64,000 bases of DNA from an uncultured delta proteobacterium (lineage in GTDB: Bacteria; Desulfobacterota; RBG-13-43-22). This document shows, in pieces, positions 1 to 8,674 of this stretch. Position numbers and translations under genes: made by a program. Within the stretch, counting starts at the first letter, position 1; each line of letters starts with the position of its first letter. The notes beneath the pieces are model-generated. The model was not told the origin of the DNA. It saw only the letters and a program-made list of their open reading frames with translations, and did not search any database. The stretch is taken from positions 32,001 through 96,000 of the forward strand of contig CAWJJC010000027.1 of assembly GCA_963843145.1 (NCBI GenBank), in the 5' to 3' direction.

Positions 1-294
1 ACCATCACCGAAGAGAACCTTTGGAACGGCGGTTTCCTCCTCAACCCGGATCTTCTGGAATACAAAGTTCCCCTGGCCTGTGACATGCCGGAGATAGAGA
101 CGATCATTATAAGTTCCCAGGACCCTGAAGGGCCTTTCGGGGCGAAAGAGGGGGGTCTGACCATCCGGATGAACGCCTACAGCGCCGTCGCCTGCGCCGT
201 GGCCAATGCCACCGGCGCGCTTTTCACAGAGTTGCCGCTCACACCGGACAGGGTGTTGAACCTCTTGGAGCGGGAGAAGGGGGTGAAGGGATGA
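1..294 (+). CDS. Xanthine dehydrogenase family molybdopterin-binding subunit, C-terminal part (5' partial; HcrA-like)
   Basis: Frame 1 is open from base 1: ...LLNPDLLEYKVP...DPEGPFGAKEGG...AVANATG...LPLTPDRV, the typical XdhA/CoxL C-terminus. Confidence 0.85.
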   Translation, partial: TITEENLWNGGFLLNPDLLEYKVPLACDMPEIETIIISSQDPEGPFGAKEGGLTIRMNAYSAVACAVANATGALFTELPLTPDRVLNLLEREKGVKG

Positions 295-1238
295 TCCTAC
301 CTAAGTTTGCCTACCAAAGAGCGCAAAACATTGCCGAGGCCATCGACCGCTATGCCCATTTTGACGGGCAGGCTCGTTATCTCGCCGGGGGCACGGATCT
401 TATCCCACTGTTGAAGCTGCGCTTGTCCACGCCGGTGGCCCTCATTGACCTGAAGCCGATCCACGAATTAAAAACCTTTTCCCGACAGGGCGGGTGGCTG
501 GTTATAGGTTCGAACGTTACGCTCTTCGAACTGAAGAATGACGCCCGGATAAAAGAAAAATTTCCCGCCCTTTACGAATCCCTCGAGGCCACTTCCTGCG
601 AAACGCTCCAGATGCGAGGCACCATCGGCGGGAATATCCTCCAGGATACGCGCTGCCTCCTCTATAATAAATCCCTCGAATGGCGTCGCGCGAGAGGCTT
701 TTGTTGGAAAATGGGCGGCCCGGCGTGTAACGTCGTTCCCCAGGCGCAGACCTGCTTTTCGAATTACTGCAGTGACAACGCGCCCGCACTCCTTACCCTG
801 TCGGCCCAGGTAAAATTGGTCGGCCCCGGGGGTGAACGGACGGTAAAGTTGGAAAAACTCTTCAGCGGCGATGGTAGGAAGCCCTTGGCGCTGGGGCCGG
901 GAGAGATCCTGACGCAAATACGGTTACCCTGGGAGAATACGAAAGGAACCTACGAGAAATTGCGGGTCCGGGATTCCGTGGATTATCCCTTGGTGGGGGT
1001 GGCTGTTTCGATGAAAGGTTCTTCCGCCAGGGTCTGTGTCGGAGGTGTCGGTCTGGCACCCCGGGTTTATACGCTCAAAACCCTTGATGAACGCAGTGTC
1101 AAAGATACGGCCGCCCAGGCGGCGGCAGACGCGAAGCCGGTATTGAACGCCACGCTCTCCCCGGTCTACCGGAAGAAAATGGTCGGTGTCCTCTTTAAAC
1201 GGGCGATCAAGAAAGTCCAGCGGGGGGGTGCGCGATGA
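291..1238 (+). CDS. FAD-binding subunit of XDH family, 4-hydroxybenzoyl-CoA reductase beta-like, with Cys-rich [4Fe-4S] insert
   Basis: AGGTDL and GTIGGN FAD motifs; insert RCLLYN...FCWKMGGPACNVV...TC. Confidence 0.8.
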   Translation: MILPKFAYQRAQNIAEAIDRYAHFDGQARYLAGGTDLIPLLKLRLSTPVALIDLKPIHELKTFSRQGGWLVIGSNVTLFELKNDARIKEKFPALYESLEATSCETLQMRGTIGGNILQDTRCLLYNKSLEWRRARGFCWKMGGPACNVVPQAQTCFSNYCSDNAPALLTLSAQVKLVGPGGERTVKLEKLFSGDGRKPLALGPGEILTQIRLPWENTKGTYEKLRVRDSVDYPLVGVAVSMKGSSARVCVGGVGLAPRVYTLKTLDERSVKDTAAQAAADAKPVLNATLSPVYRKKMVGVLFKRAIKKVQRGGAR

Positions 1239-1705
1239 AGACGATGAAGGTCACCTTTCAGATAAACGACGAACAGGTCACACTCCAAGTGCGGCCTTAT
1301 GAGACGCTCTTGGAAACTCTACGGGAGAGGCTTTCGCTCACCGGGGCCAAAGAGGCCTGCGGATTGGGTGCTTGCGGGGCCTGCACGGTGGTGGTGAACG
1401 GTACACCGCTGAGGTCCTGCCTGGTCCTGGCCCCCGAAGTGGATGGCGCGGTTATTACGACGGTTGAAGGGCTGCGTCAGGAAGGAAAACTCCATCCGCT
1501 CCAGGAGGCCTTCATGGAGAAAGGTGCCGTTCAGTGCGGTTTTTGCACCTCCGGTATGATCATGACGGCCAAGGCGCTCCTGGATAGAAACGAAAAACCG
1601 ACCAAGAAAGAGATTATCAAAACCATTTCTTCTAATCTCTGCCGCTGCACCGGATACAAGAAAATCATCGAGGCGGTGGAGGCGGCGGGAAAGAAGGCCC
1701 GGTAG
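1235..1705 (+). CDS. (2Fe-2S)-binding subunit, CoxS/HcrC family
   Basis: CGLGACGAC...C and QCGFC...NLCRCTGY motifs. Confidence 0.92.
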   Translation: MKTMKVTFQINDEQVTLQVRPYETLLETLRERLSLTGAKEACGLGACGACTVVVNGTPLRSCLVLAPEVDGAVITTVEGLRQEGKLHPLQEAFMEKGAVQCGFCTSGMIMTAKALLDRNEKPTKKEIIKTISSNLCRCTGYKKIIEAVEAAGKKAR

Positions 1706-1713
1706 GTGTATAA

Positions 1714-2007
1714 ATGAAAATCAAGGTCAAGATCGATTCCAACCTTCGAATAAAGAATGTTTTTGAACCTCCCCTGCAGATGGATCTTCAGGAGGGTGAA
1801 CATACCTTGAAGGATGTCTTGCAGAAGCTTTCGGGTATGTACCCCCATTTAAGATTCATCGAACGAGGGGAGATGGGAGACGACCTCCGTCATCTTTACC
1901 TCAATGGAGAGAGTCATTTCACATTTTCCGAAGGGTTGAAGAAAAAAGTCAGCGAAGGCGACACCGTCCGGGTGGAAGCCTATATGGACCCGCTGGCTGG
2001 CGGCTGA
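1714..2007 (+). CDS. MoaD/ThiS family ubiquitin-like sulfur carrier
   Basis: 97 aa, beta-grasp-like, YLNG...EGDTV, C-terminal AGG. Confidence 0.75.
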   Translation: MKIKVKIDSNLRIKNVFEPPLQMDLQEGEHTLKDVLQKLSGMYPHLRFIERGEMGDDLRHLYLNGESHFTFSEGLKKKVSEGDTVRVEAYMDPLAGG

Positions 2008-2352
2008 AAGGGCAAGATGTATCCGGCTTTTTAAGTTAGCGCTTATGCCCCCCAACCCCCTCCCGTCAAGGGAGGGGGAGTCGTTTTGATCATTCGAATT
2101 TAGGTTTATTAACAGTCTCATAATTGTATTTACACGAAGTGGTCTTTTTATCTCTCGCCCGCTTCGCTCGAGTTCGCCGAGGGCACAGAGAAAGACGAAT
2201 CTCTTTTTTGAAAAATCGCTGAGAGGCCGATTTTTCAAAACAGCTCACGCCTCCGGCGGGGTCTTATTCGCGGAGGAGGAGATTTTTTCTGATTGCCGGC
2301 CTCTCAGCGGCAATCAGAAATTAACTATTTTCTGCGATCTCTGTGTCCTCTG

Positions 2353-4332
2353 GTACGCCAGGATAAGCCTGGCTGATCTATATGACTGAAAGGTGTCATA
2401 CTTGTTAATTGCTCGTTCAACAAGAAGTTGCGGCCTCCCGCCTGGGGTAACCGAAAGCGGGGAGTAGGCCGGTCTCTGGCCAAGACGGGTAGAGGCGATA
2501 GGGGAGAGAACCCCCTGGACAACGAAGGCGTGAGCCCTAACGCAAGTGAACCTGATTCGGCCTCGTTACACTTAAATGGCGGCGGCCAACCTGCCAGAGA
2601 AGGTGAAGCCTGCCACCGGTAGGGAAGCAACGAGCGACGGTCCCTACCGGGCCGCCCGGGGTGGTTGGGGAGAGCGCGCGCCGAAAGATCAGCCGAGGAA
2701 CCTGGGAGACCCGGCGAGGTATCGGGAGGGACCGATAACATTTTCAGGGAATCCATAACCTGGAAAGTGGCCACGGCCGGGAGTCGGAGCGGCCCATAGT
2801 AGCGAGGAAGTCCCGGAAAAGGGAGGGAGCGAAGGGGCCGCACTTCAGTCACGTTTCGATCAAAAGAGGGAGAAACCGCTTGAGCCGAAAATGCTCCATT
2901 ACGGAAAAGACGGCGGAAGGGTTCCAACCGGAACCGGGGATGCCGGAGAAGGTCTCTCTGTTGCGATGGAAGCTGGGTTGTAAGGCCAAGCAAGAAAAGC
3001 AGTTTCGGTTTTATGCCCTGTACGACCGGGTATATCGCCGGGATGTATTGGAAACGGCTTGGGCTCGGGTACGGGCGAATCGAGGGAGCCCCGGGAACAG
3101 ACGGGGTGACCATTCGCAGTATCGAGGAAGGAGGCGGGGTCCGGACGTTCCTGGAAGAGATGGAACAGGAACTGCGGGCCAAGACCTACCGACCTCGACC
3201 GGTACGCCGGGTCTATATCCCCAAGATCAACGGCAAGCTGAGACCCTTGGGCATTCCCTGTATACGGGACCGGGTGGTTCAGATGGCCGTACGCTGCTGA
3301 TTCTGGAGCCGATTTTTGAGGCGGATTTTCTGGAATGCTCCTATGGGTTTCGTCCTCGGCGGAAAGCCTGGGACGGGGTGGAGCAGATCCGGAAGAATCT
3401 GGAGGACGGACGGCGAGAGGTGTATGACGCCGACCTGTCCGGCTACTTTGACAGCATTCCCCACGATCGACTGATGCAAAAGGTAGAGCGACGGATTGCC
3501 GACCAATCGGTGTTGAAACTGATCCGGATGTGGCTTGCGGGCGCCGGTAGTGGAAGACAGGGACCCCCGGAAGGAAAGAGACCCGCAAGGGAACGCCCCA
3601 AGGCGGGGTTATCTCCCCCCTGCTGGCTAACCTGTATCTCCATGAAATGGATCGGGCCTTCCATGAGGACCCCCGGGTCCTTACCGGACGGCCAAGGCCC
3701 GCCTGGTCCGATACGCCGATGATTTTGTGATCCTGTCGCACTACTGGAGTAAAGGAATCCGTTGATGGGTGGAAGAGAAGCTGGAAGGAGACCTGGGACT
3801 GGAAATAAATCGGGATAAGACGCGTATCGTAGCCCTGAACCAGAGGGGTAAGCAGTTGGACTTCTTGGGGTTCACCCTGCGATACGACCAGGACCGGAAA
3901 GGGAGGGAGAAGCGGTATCTGAATATCTTTCCCTCGGACAAGGCGGTCAACCGTCTCCGGGAGAAGATCCGAGTCAAGACTCATAGTGGTTATAAGAAGC
4001 CGCTCACCGAAGCGATCCGAGAAACCAATGTGATCCTCCGGGGCTGGGCGAATTATTTTCGGTATGGGTATCCTCGGAAGGTCTTTCGGGACGTCAACCA
4101 TTTTGTCCGTAGCGGTTTTGGTCGATTCCTGAGAAACCGGAGCCAAAGACGTAGCCGCCCGTTCCGTCCGGGAGAAAGCCTGTACGGGGGCCTGAAACGG
4201 TATGGGTTGCTTTATCTGTAAAGTCGGGCACGTCCACAACTCCTTGCGTCTGCCTTACGACAAGAGACTGTCGGAGAGCCGTATGCGGGAAATCCGCATG
4301 TACGGTTCGACGAGGGGGAGCTGAAACCCTAT
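2353..4332 (+). mobile_element. Group II intron (RT/maturase, no endonuclease domain)
   Basis: 5' GTACG at 2353; domain V gagccgtatgcgggaaatccgcatgtacggttc at 4276-4308; probable 3' end ccctat at 4332; encloses RT fragments. Boundaries are inferred. Confidence 0.85.
2880..4221 (+). pseudogene. ltrA: Group II intron reverse transcriptase/maturase, disrupted
   Basis: [49 protein letters not shown] and YADD (3712-3723) lie in different frames; in-frame TGA at 3763; maturase region LRGWANYF. Confidence 0.85.
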
Positions 4333-4584
4333 GAGCACTTCTGCCCCAAGTAGATGCGTGTGAGAGATCGTCTTTTGTCTCTGGTTGTGACTAAGCGACG
4401 TTACGGAATCCGTGTAAATACAATTATGAGACCGTTAATAAGCCTTTGAATTTTGGACCTTTGAATTTGTTTCGGCCTGCGACGAGCCCTTCGACAGGCT
4501 CAGGGCCTTGAGTTTACCGAAAGGCTCAGCCGAGACGATTTCGTGCTTCGAATTTCGGATTTGGGCCTAAAAGAAGGAGGAATC

Positions 4585-5730
4585 ATGAAGGCATTGGTAG
4601 TAGGCGGCACGGGCGGTATGGGGCAGGGGGTCGCCCGGGACCTCATTAAACAGGAGCAGATTACATCGGTAACGTTGGGCGACATAAATATAGATCCCGC
4701 GAGAGTGCAGGAAAAACTGCGGGCCAGCAATAAAGTGTCGCTTAAAAAAATTGACGTACAGGATCATAACGGCCTGGTGGCTGCCATCGAAGTAGTTGAC
4801 GTGGTCATTAATTGTGCCGGACCCTTCTACAAGACCGCCGTGGCCGTCGCCAGGGCTGCGGTTGAGGCCAAGGTCAACTATATTGATATCTGCGATGACT
4901 ATGAGGCCGTACCCATTCTCTTTTCCGAAGCCGCCATCGATAAAGCCGCTAAAGAGGCGGGAATCACCGTTCTGACGGGGATGGGCTCCGACCCCGGAAC
5001 CAATAATGTTCTGGTCAAGTGGTATGCCAATCAACTGGACCGGGTTAACGAGATCCATCTCTTCTGGGTGGTCAGTATCGCCGAACTGGCGGGTGCGGCC
5101 TGGGATCACAGCCTGCACATGGTGACGGGAAAAATCCCCCAATATCTGGACGGAAAACTGGAGTACGTGGATGGGGGCACGGGCGAGGAGATCGCCACCT
5201 TCCTTGAACCCCTGGGCACCTGTAAAGTTCGCTATGTAGGACATCCTCAGCCGATCACCATCCCCCGCTACATCGAAGGGGTGAAAAAGGTGGTTATTAA
5301 AGGCGCCCTCATACCGGGCTGGGTGGACGAATTGATCAAGGAACAAAATGATACGGGATTTCTCAGCACCGAGGTCCTGGAGGTCAGGGGAACCAAGGTC
5401 GTGCCTTACGACCTGACGCTGAAACTTTGGGATACGATTCCGAAAAGCAGGGATAACGGGCCTAATTCCTCCGGACTTAAAGTGATCGTTAAGGGCGAGC
5501 GAAACGGAAAAAAGGTGACCTATACCGCCGATATGGCGGGCCGGATGGCCCCGGGCACGGGTCTTCCCGCCTCCATTGCGGCTTTAATGATGGAGGCCGG
5601 CGAGGTGACGGTCAAGGGCGTGGTGGCCCCCGAAGGATGTATCGATCCGGAAAAATTCCTGGCCGCCTTGATAAAAAGGGGCGCCAAGATTCACCAGACG
5701 GAAACGATCAGCTCGTTGCTGACAGTGTAG
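4585..5730 (+). CDS. Saccharopine dehydrogenase / lysine 6-dehydrogenase family oxidoreductase
   Basis: GGTGGMG Rossmann motif, NCAGPF, YIDI, GMGSDPG; RBS aaggagg before the ATG at 4585. Confidence 0.88.
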   Translation: MKALVVGGTGGMGQGVARDLIKQEQITSVTLGDINIDPARVQEKLRASNKVSLKKIDVQDHNGLVAAIEVVDVVINCAGPFYKTAVAVARAAVEAKVNYIDICDDYEAVPILFSEAAIDKAAKEAGITVLTGMGSDPGTNNVLVKWYANQLDRVNEIHLFWVVSIAELAGAAWDHSLHMVTGKIPQYLDGKLEYVDGGTGEEIATFLEPLGTCKVRYVGHPQPITIPRYIEGVKKVVIKGALIPGWVDELIKEQNDTGFLSTEVLEVRGTKVVPYDLTLKLWDTIPKSRDNGPNSSGLKVIVKGERNGKKVTYTADMAGRMAPGTGLPASIAALMMEAGEVTVKGVVAPEGCIDPEKFLAALIKRGAKIHQTETISSLLTV

Positions 5731-5796
5731 TTAAACAGGTCCCGCTGAGGGCTGGGAACCGGCGAAGTCCAAGAAAAAGATTGACCTGATAAGGTT

Positions 5797-5884
5797 CGTC
5801 ATTCCGGACTACCGAAGGGAGATCCGGAATCCAGGCCTCCCAAGTTTCGAAGGTCCTGGATGCCGGATCAGGTCCGGCATGACG
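5797..5884. repeat. Palindromic REP/RPE-like element (GTCATTCC...GATGAC family)
   Basis: cgtcattccgga...atccagg and cctggatgccgga...catgacg arms; relatives at 29817, 29916 and 56789. Confidence 0.8.
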
Positions 5885-5919
5885 GCTAAAAACAATAGGT
5901 ATGGAAAAGGAAACTTTCT

Positions 5920-7176
5920 ATGAAAAACATGGATAAACTGAATATTGCTAAAAGTCAGGAAATTTATCAAGAGGCCCTGTCTTTGGTCCCCGGGGGAGTC
6001 CTGGGCGCCCGGAAACCCGCTGATTTTATCGAGGGAGAATACCCCATCTTTGTGGAAAGCGGCCGGGGCGGCCGGGTCACCGACGTGGATGGCAATGAAT
6101 ATATCGATTTCCTTTGCGGGTATGGGCCCATAATTTTGGGTTATCGAGAAGAAGAAGTGGACGAAGCGGTTATCCGCCAGTTGAGGGACAAAGGCTTCTG
6201 CTTCACCTTAACCCAACGATATCAGAATGAGCTGGCTAAAAAGCTGAGCCAACTGGTCCCCTGTTCGGAAATGAGTATTTTTTTAAAGACCGGATCCGAT
6301 GCCACCACGGCGAGTATCCGGATTGCCCGGGCCTATACCAACCGGATCAAGGTAATGCGTTGCGGTTACCATGGCTGGCATGATTGGTGTGTGGAGATGA
6401 AGGGGGGCGTTCCTGAAAAGTTCTATGAGGATGTCTTTGAATTTCGGTATAACCGTCTCGATCAACTCGAGGACCTGATGGCCAAGCACGGGGAGCAGAC
6501 CGCGGCCATCATTATGACCCCCTTTGGGCACCCCCTGCATGCCAAGATGGAAGAGCCTAAACCCGGGTTCCTGGAAGGGGTCAGGGAAATCGCCACCCGC
6601 TATGGCGCTATTTTGGTCTTTGATGAAGTGCGGACCGGATTCAGGCTGGCCCTGGGAGGGGCGCAAGCCTATTACGGGGTCACCCCCGACCTGGTGGTCC
6701 TGGGAAAAGGGATGGCCAATGGCTATGCCATTAGTGTGGTTACCGGGAAAAGAGAAGTAATGATGGCTTCCGCCCAGAGGCTTTTCATCTCTTCCACCTT
6801 CTTTCCTAACAGTGACGGGTTTGTGGCCGCGCTGAAAACCATTGAAATTCTCGAACGGGACCGGGTCCTGGACCAGATCTGGGAAAAAGGGACCCGCTTT
6901 TGGAAAAAAATTCAGGGCTGCCTTGACCGCTACGACGTGGGAGCCGAGCTAAGCGGAGTAGCCCCCATGTTTTTCATAACCTTTAAGCGGGATGAAGCCA
7001 AAACCTATCGGGCTAAACGGGATGATTTTTATACCCAGCTTATTCGCCGACGGGTCTTTTTGCACCCGCACCATCATGGCTATATCTGTCACCGGCACAC
7101 CGATGAGGATCTGGCCCTGGCGGTTCAGGCTATAGAGGAGGCCCTGGCCTACGTCAAAGAAAAATACGCCCGTTAA
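5920..7176 (+). CDS. Class III PLP-dependent aminotransferase (glutamate-1-semialdehyde aminomutase-like)
   Basis: DVDGNEYIDF, YHGW, FDEVRTGFR and LGKGMANG motifs. Confidence 0.9.
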   Translation: MKNMDKLNIAKSQEIYQEALSLVPGGVLGARKPADFIEGEYPIFVESGRGGRVTDVDGNEYIDFLCGYGPIILGYREEEVDEAVIRQLRDKGFCFTLTQRYQNELAKKLSQLVPCSEMSIFLKTGSDATTASIRIARAYTNRIKVMRCGYHGWHDWCVEMKGGVPEKFYEDVFEFRYNRLDQLEDLMAKHGEQTAAIIMTPFGHPLHAKMEEPKPGFLEGVREIATRYGAILVFDEVRTGFRLALGGAQAYYGVTPDLVVLGKGMANGYAISVVTGKREVMMASAQRLFISSTFFPNSDGFVAALKTIEILERDRVLDQIWEKGTRFWKKIQGCLDRYDVGAELSGVAPMFFITFKRDEAKTYRAKRDDFYTQLIRRRVFLHPHHHGYICHRHTDEDLALAVQAIEEALAYVKEKYAR

Positions 7177-7307
7177 GGCGCTTTCATCGTATGTCGGTGG
7201 ATTATTTTCCGCCGGCTGGCTAACCCATCTCCGAACTCAAGCAGAATTTGTGGGCGCTGAATAGGTTCATGCCAGACTCCGTTGCCAGTTCTGCAAGAGG
7301 GATTTGC

Positions 7308-7374
7308 GTGTACGAGTACGTGTACGAGTACGGAACCCCACAATGAGCCCTACTCGTACACCTACTCGTACACA
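7308..7374. repeat. Palindrome built of gtgtacgagtac units
   Basis: gtgtacgagtac x2 ... tactcgtacac x2, between convergent genes. Confidence 0.8.
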
Positions 7375-7459
7375 CAAATCTACCCGGTAAGGCCCTGAAT
7401 ATCTCAGGTATCAGGATATTCTGCCCTGCCCCTCAATCAATTTCCGCCACCTGCCCGCA

Positions 7460-8510
7460 TTAAAACGTCCCATTTTCTTTTGCTTCCCTCTTCACTCTTC
7501 CATCTTCCATCTCTTGCTCCCCCGCCTGCCAGAGGGAATCCAAGAAATAACCCCGCTGATCTTTCCTCTGCCGAACCACGGCGAATCCTGTTTCCTGCGC
7601 CAGCCGCACGACCTCGGAATCCAGAAACTTCTGGGAACGCTCGGTATGGATCGGTTCCCCGTCTTCAAAATGGAACGCGCGTTTGAGCCGTTCCACGTCC
7701 ACGACCTGCTTTCGGCCGCTGATCAGGTAACTCAAGACGGCCCCCGAGGAGCGGTCGAAATGGCTGAAAAATCGAAAGCCCTCGATCCGGAAATTACCGC
7801 CGAGATCGCGATTGATCCGCCGCAGCAGGTTCAGGTTGAATTGCGCCGTAATTCCCTGGGAGTCATTGTAGGCCTTCTCGATCAGAGGAACGGATTTGAT
7901 TAAATCAAAACCAATCAAGAGGAGGTCCCCTTCATTCAGGGCCTCCCGGAGGTTCCGGAGAAAGACCCGCATTTCGTCCTGGCTGAAATTGCCGATATTG
8001 GATCCCAGAAACAGGACCAGTTTGCGGGGCCCCTTCCGTGCGGACAGCCAGCGCAACCCTTCGAAATATTCCGCCGTCAGTCCTTCGCTGGGAAGATGGG
8101 CCCAGCACTGTTTGAGATTTCCAATCAACTCGTTGACCGCTGCTTCGCAGATATCGATGGGAACGTAACGAAAGTCCAGCCCCGCGCCGAGAAAATGTTC
8201 CAACAATAATTTGGTTTTCCTGCCGTCCCCGGCCCCCAGCTCCACCAGGTTGAAACGAACGCCGGCGAACAGGGATGCCAATTCCGAGCGATAGGTTTGG
8301 AGAATTTCAGACTCACAACGGGTGAGATAATACTCCGGCAACTCCGTGATCTGTTTAAAAAGTCGGCTTCCTTCTTCGTCGTAAAAATACTTGCTGGGAA
8401 GGGATTTGGGTGCCCGGCTCAGCCCCTCGAGGACATCCCGGGCAAAGGTTCCGTTGCCTGTGGAGACTCTTTATCCATCAACTCGGAGCATCCTGTCCTG
8501 GGACCGGCAT
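7460..8510 (-). CDS. egtD: L-histidine N-alpha-trimethyltransferase EgtD (5' end has apparent 1-bp indels)
   Basis: The frame extends upstream of the listed ORF as FARDVLEGLS..PKSLPSKYFYDEEGSRLF..ITELPEYYLTR; also ELGAGDG, FLGSNIGN, AYND..GITA.FN and IHTE motifs. Confidence 0.9.
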
Positions 8511-8524
8511 ACAACCTCCCTTTA

Positions 8525-8645
8525 TCGAACAAAATTTGAACGTCCAACATCGAACATCGAACTCCCAACCTCGAATGAAAAACAAACCGCTATCAAATTC
8601 AAATTTCGATGTTCGATGTTCGGATGTTGGATGTTCGATGTTCAG
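8525..8645. repeat. Heptamer tandem repeats (TCGAACA / TGTTCGA) in inverted arrangement
   Basis: aacgtccaacatcgaacatcgaac ... tcgatgttcgatgttcggatgttggatgttcgatg; similar tracts at 32214-32254 and 37290-37365. Confidence 0.8.
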
Positions 8646-8674
8646 TCTTAATTTCGCACTAAATAAAGCTCCCC

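Larger units (their letters stand above)
2102..4445. repeat. 35-bp inverted repeat pair (2102-2136 / 4411-4445) bracketing a REP-like element and the group II intron
   Basis: aggtttattaacagtctcataattgtatttacacg versus the reverse complement of cgtgtaaatacaattatgagaccgttaataagcct: 2 mismatches. Confidence 0.85.

Noticed and set aside
2899-4239. 446-aa antisense ORF over the intron RT
   Set aside because: Shadow ORF with no recognisable motifs.
2353-4332. RT as retron, DGR or defence-associated RT
   Set aside because: Domain V RNA, maturase region and RT0 motifs identify a group II intron; no VR/TR pair was seen.
8478-8510. TGA after MPVPGQDAPS as possible selenocysteine
   Set aside because: Readthrough does not enter the EgtD frame and no SECIS-like hairpin is evident; indels explain it better.
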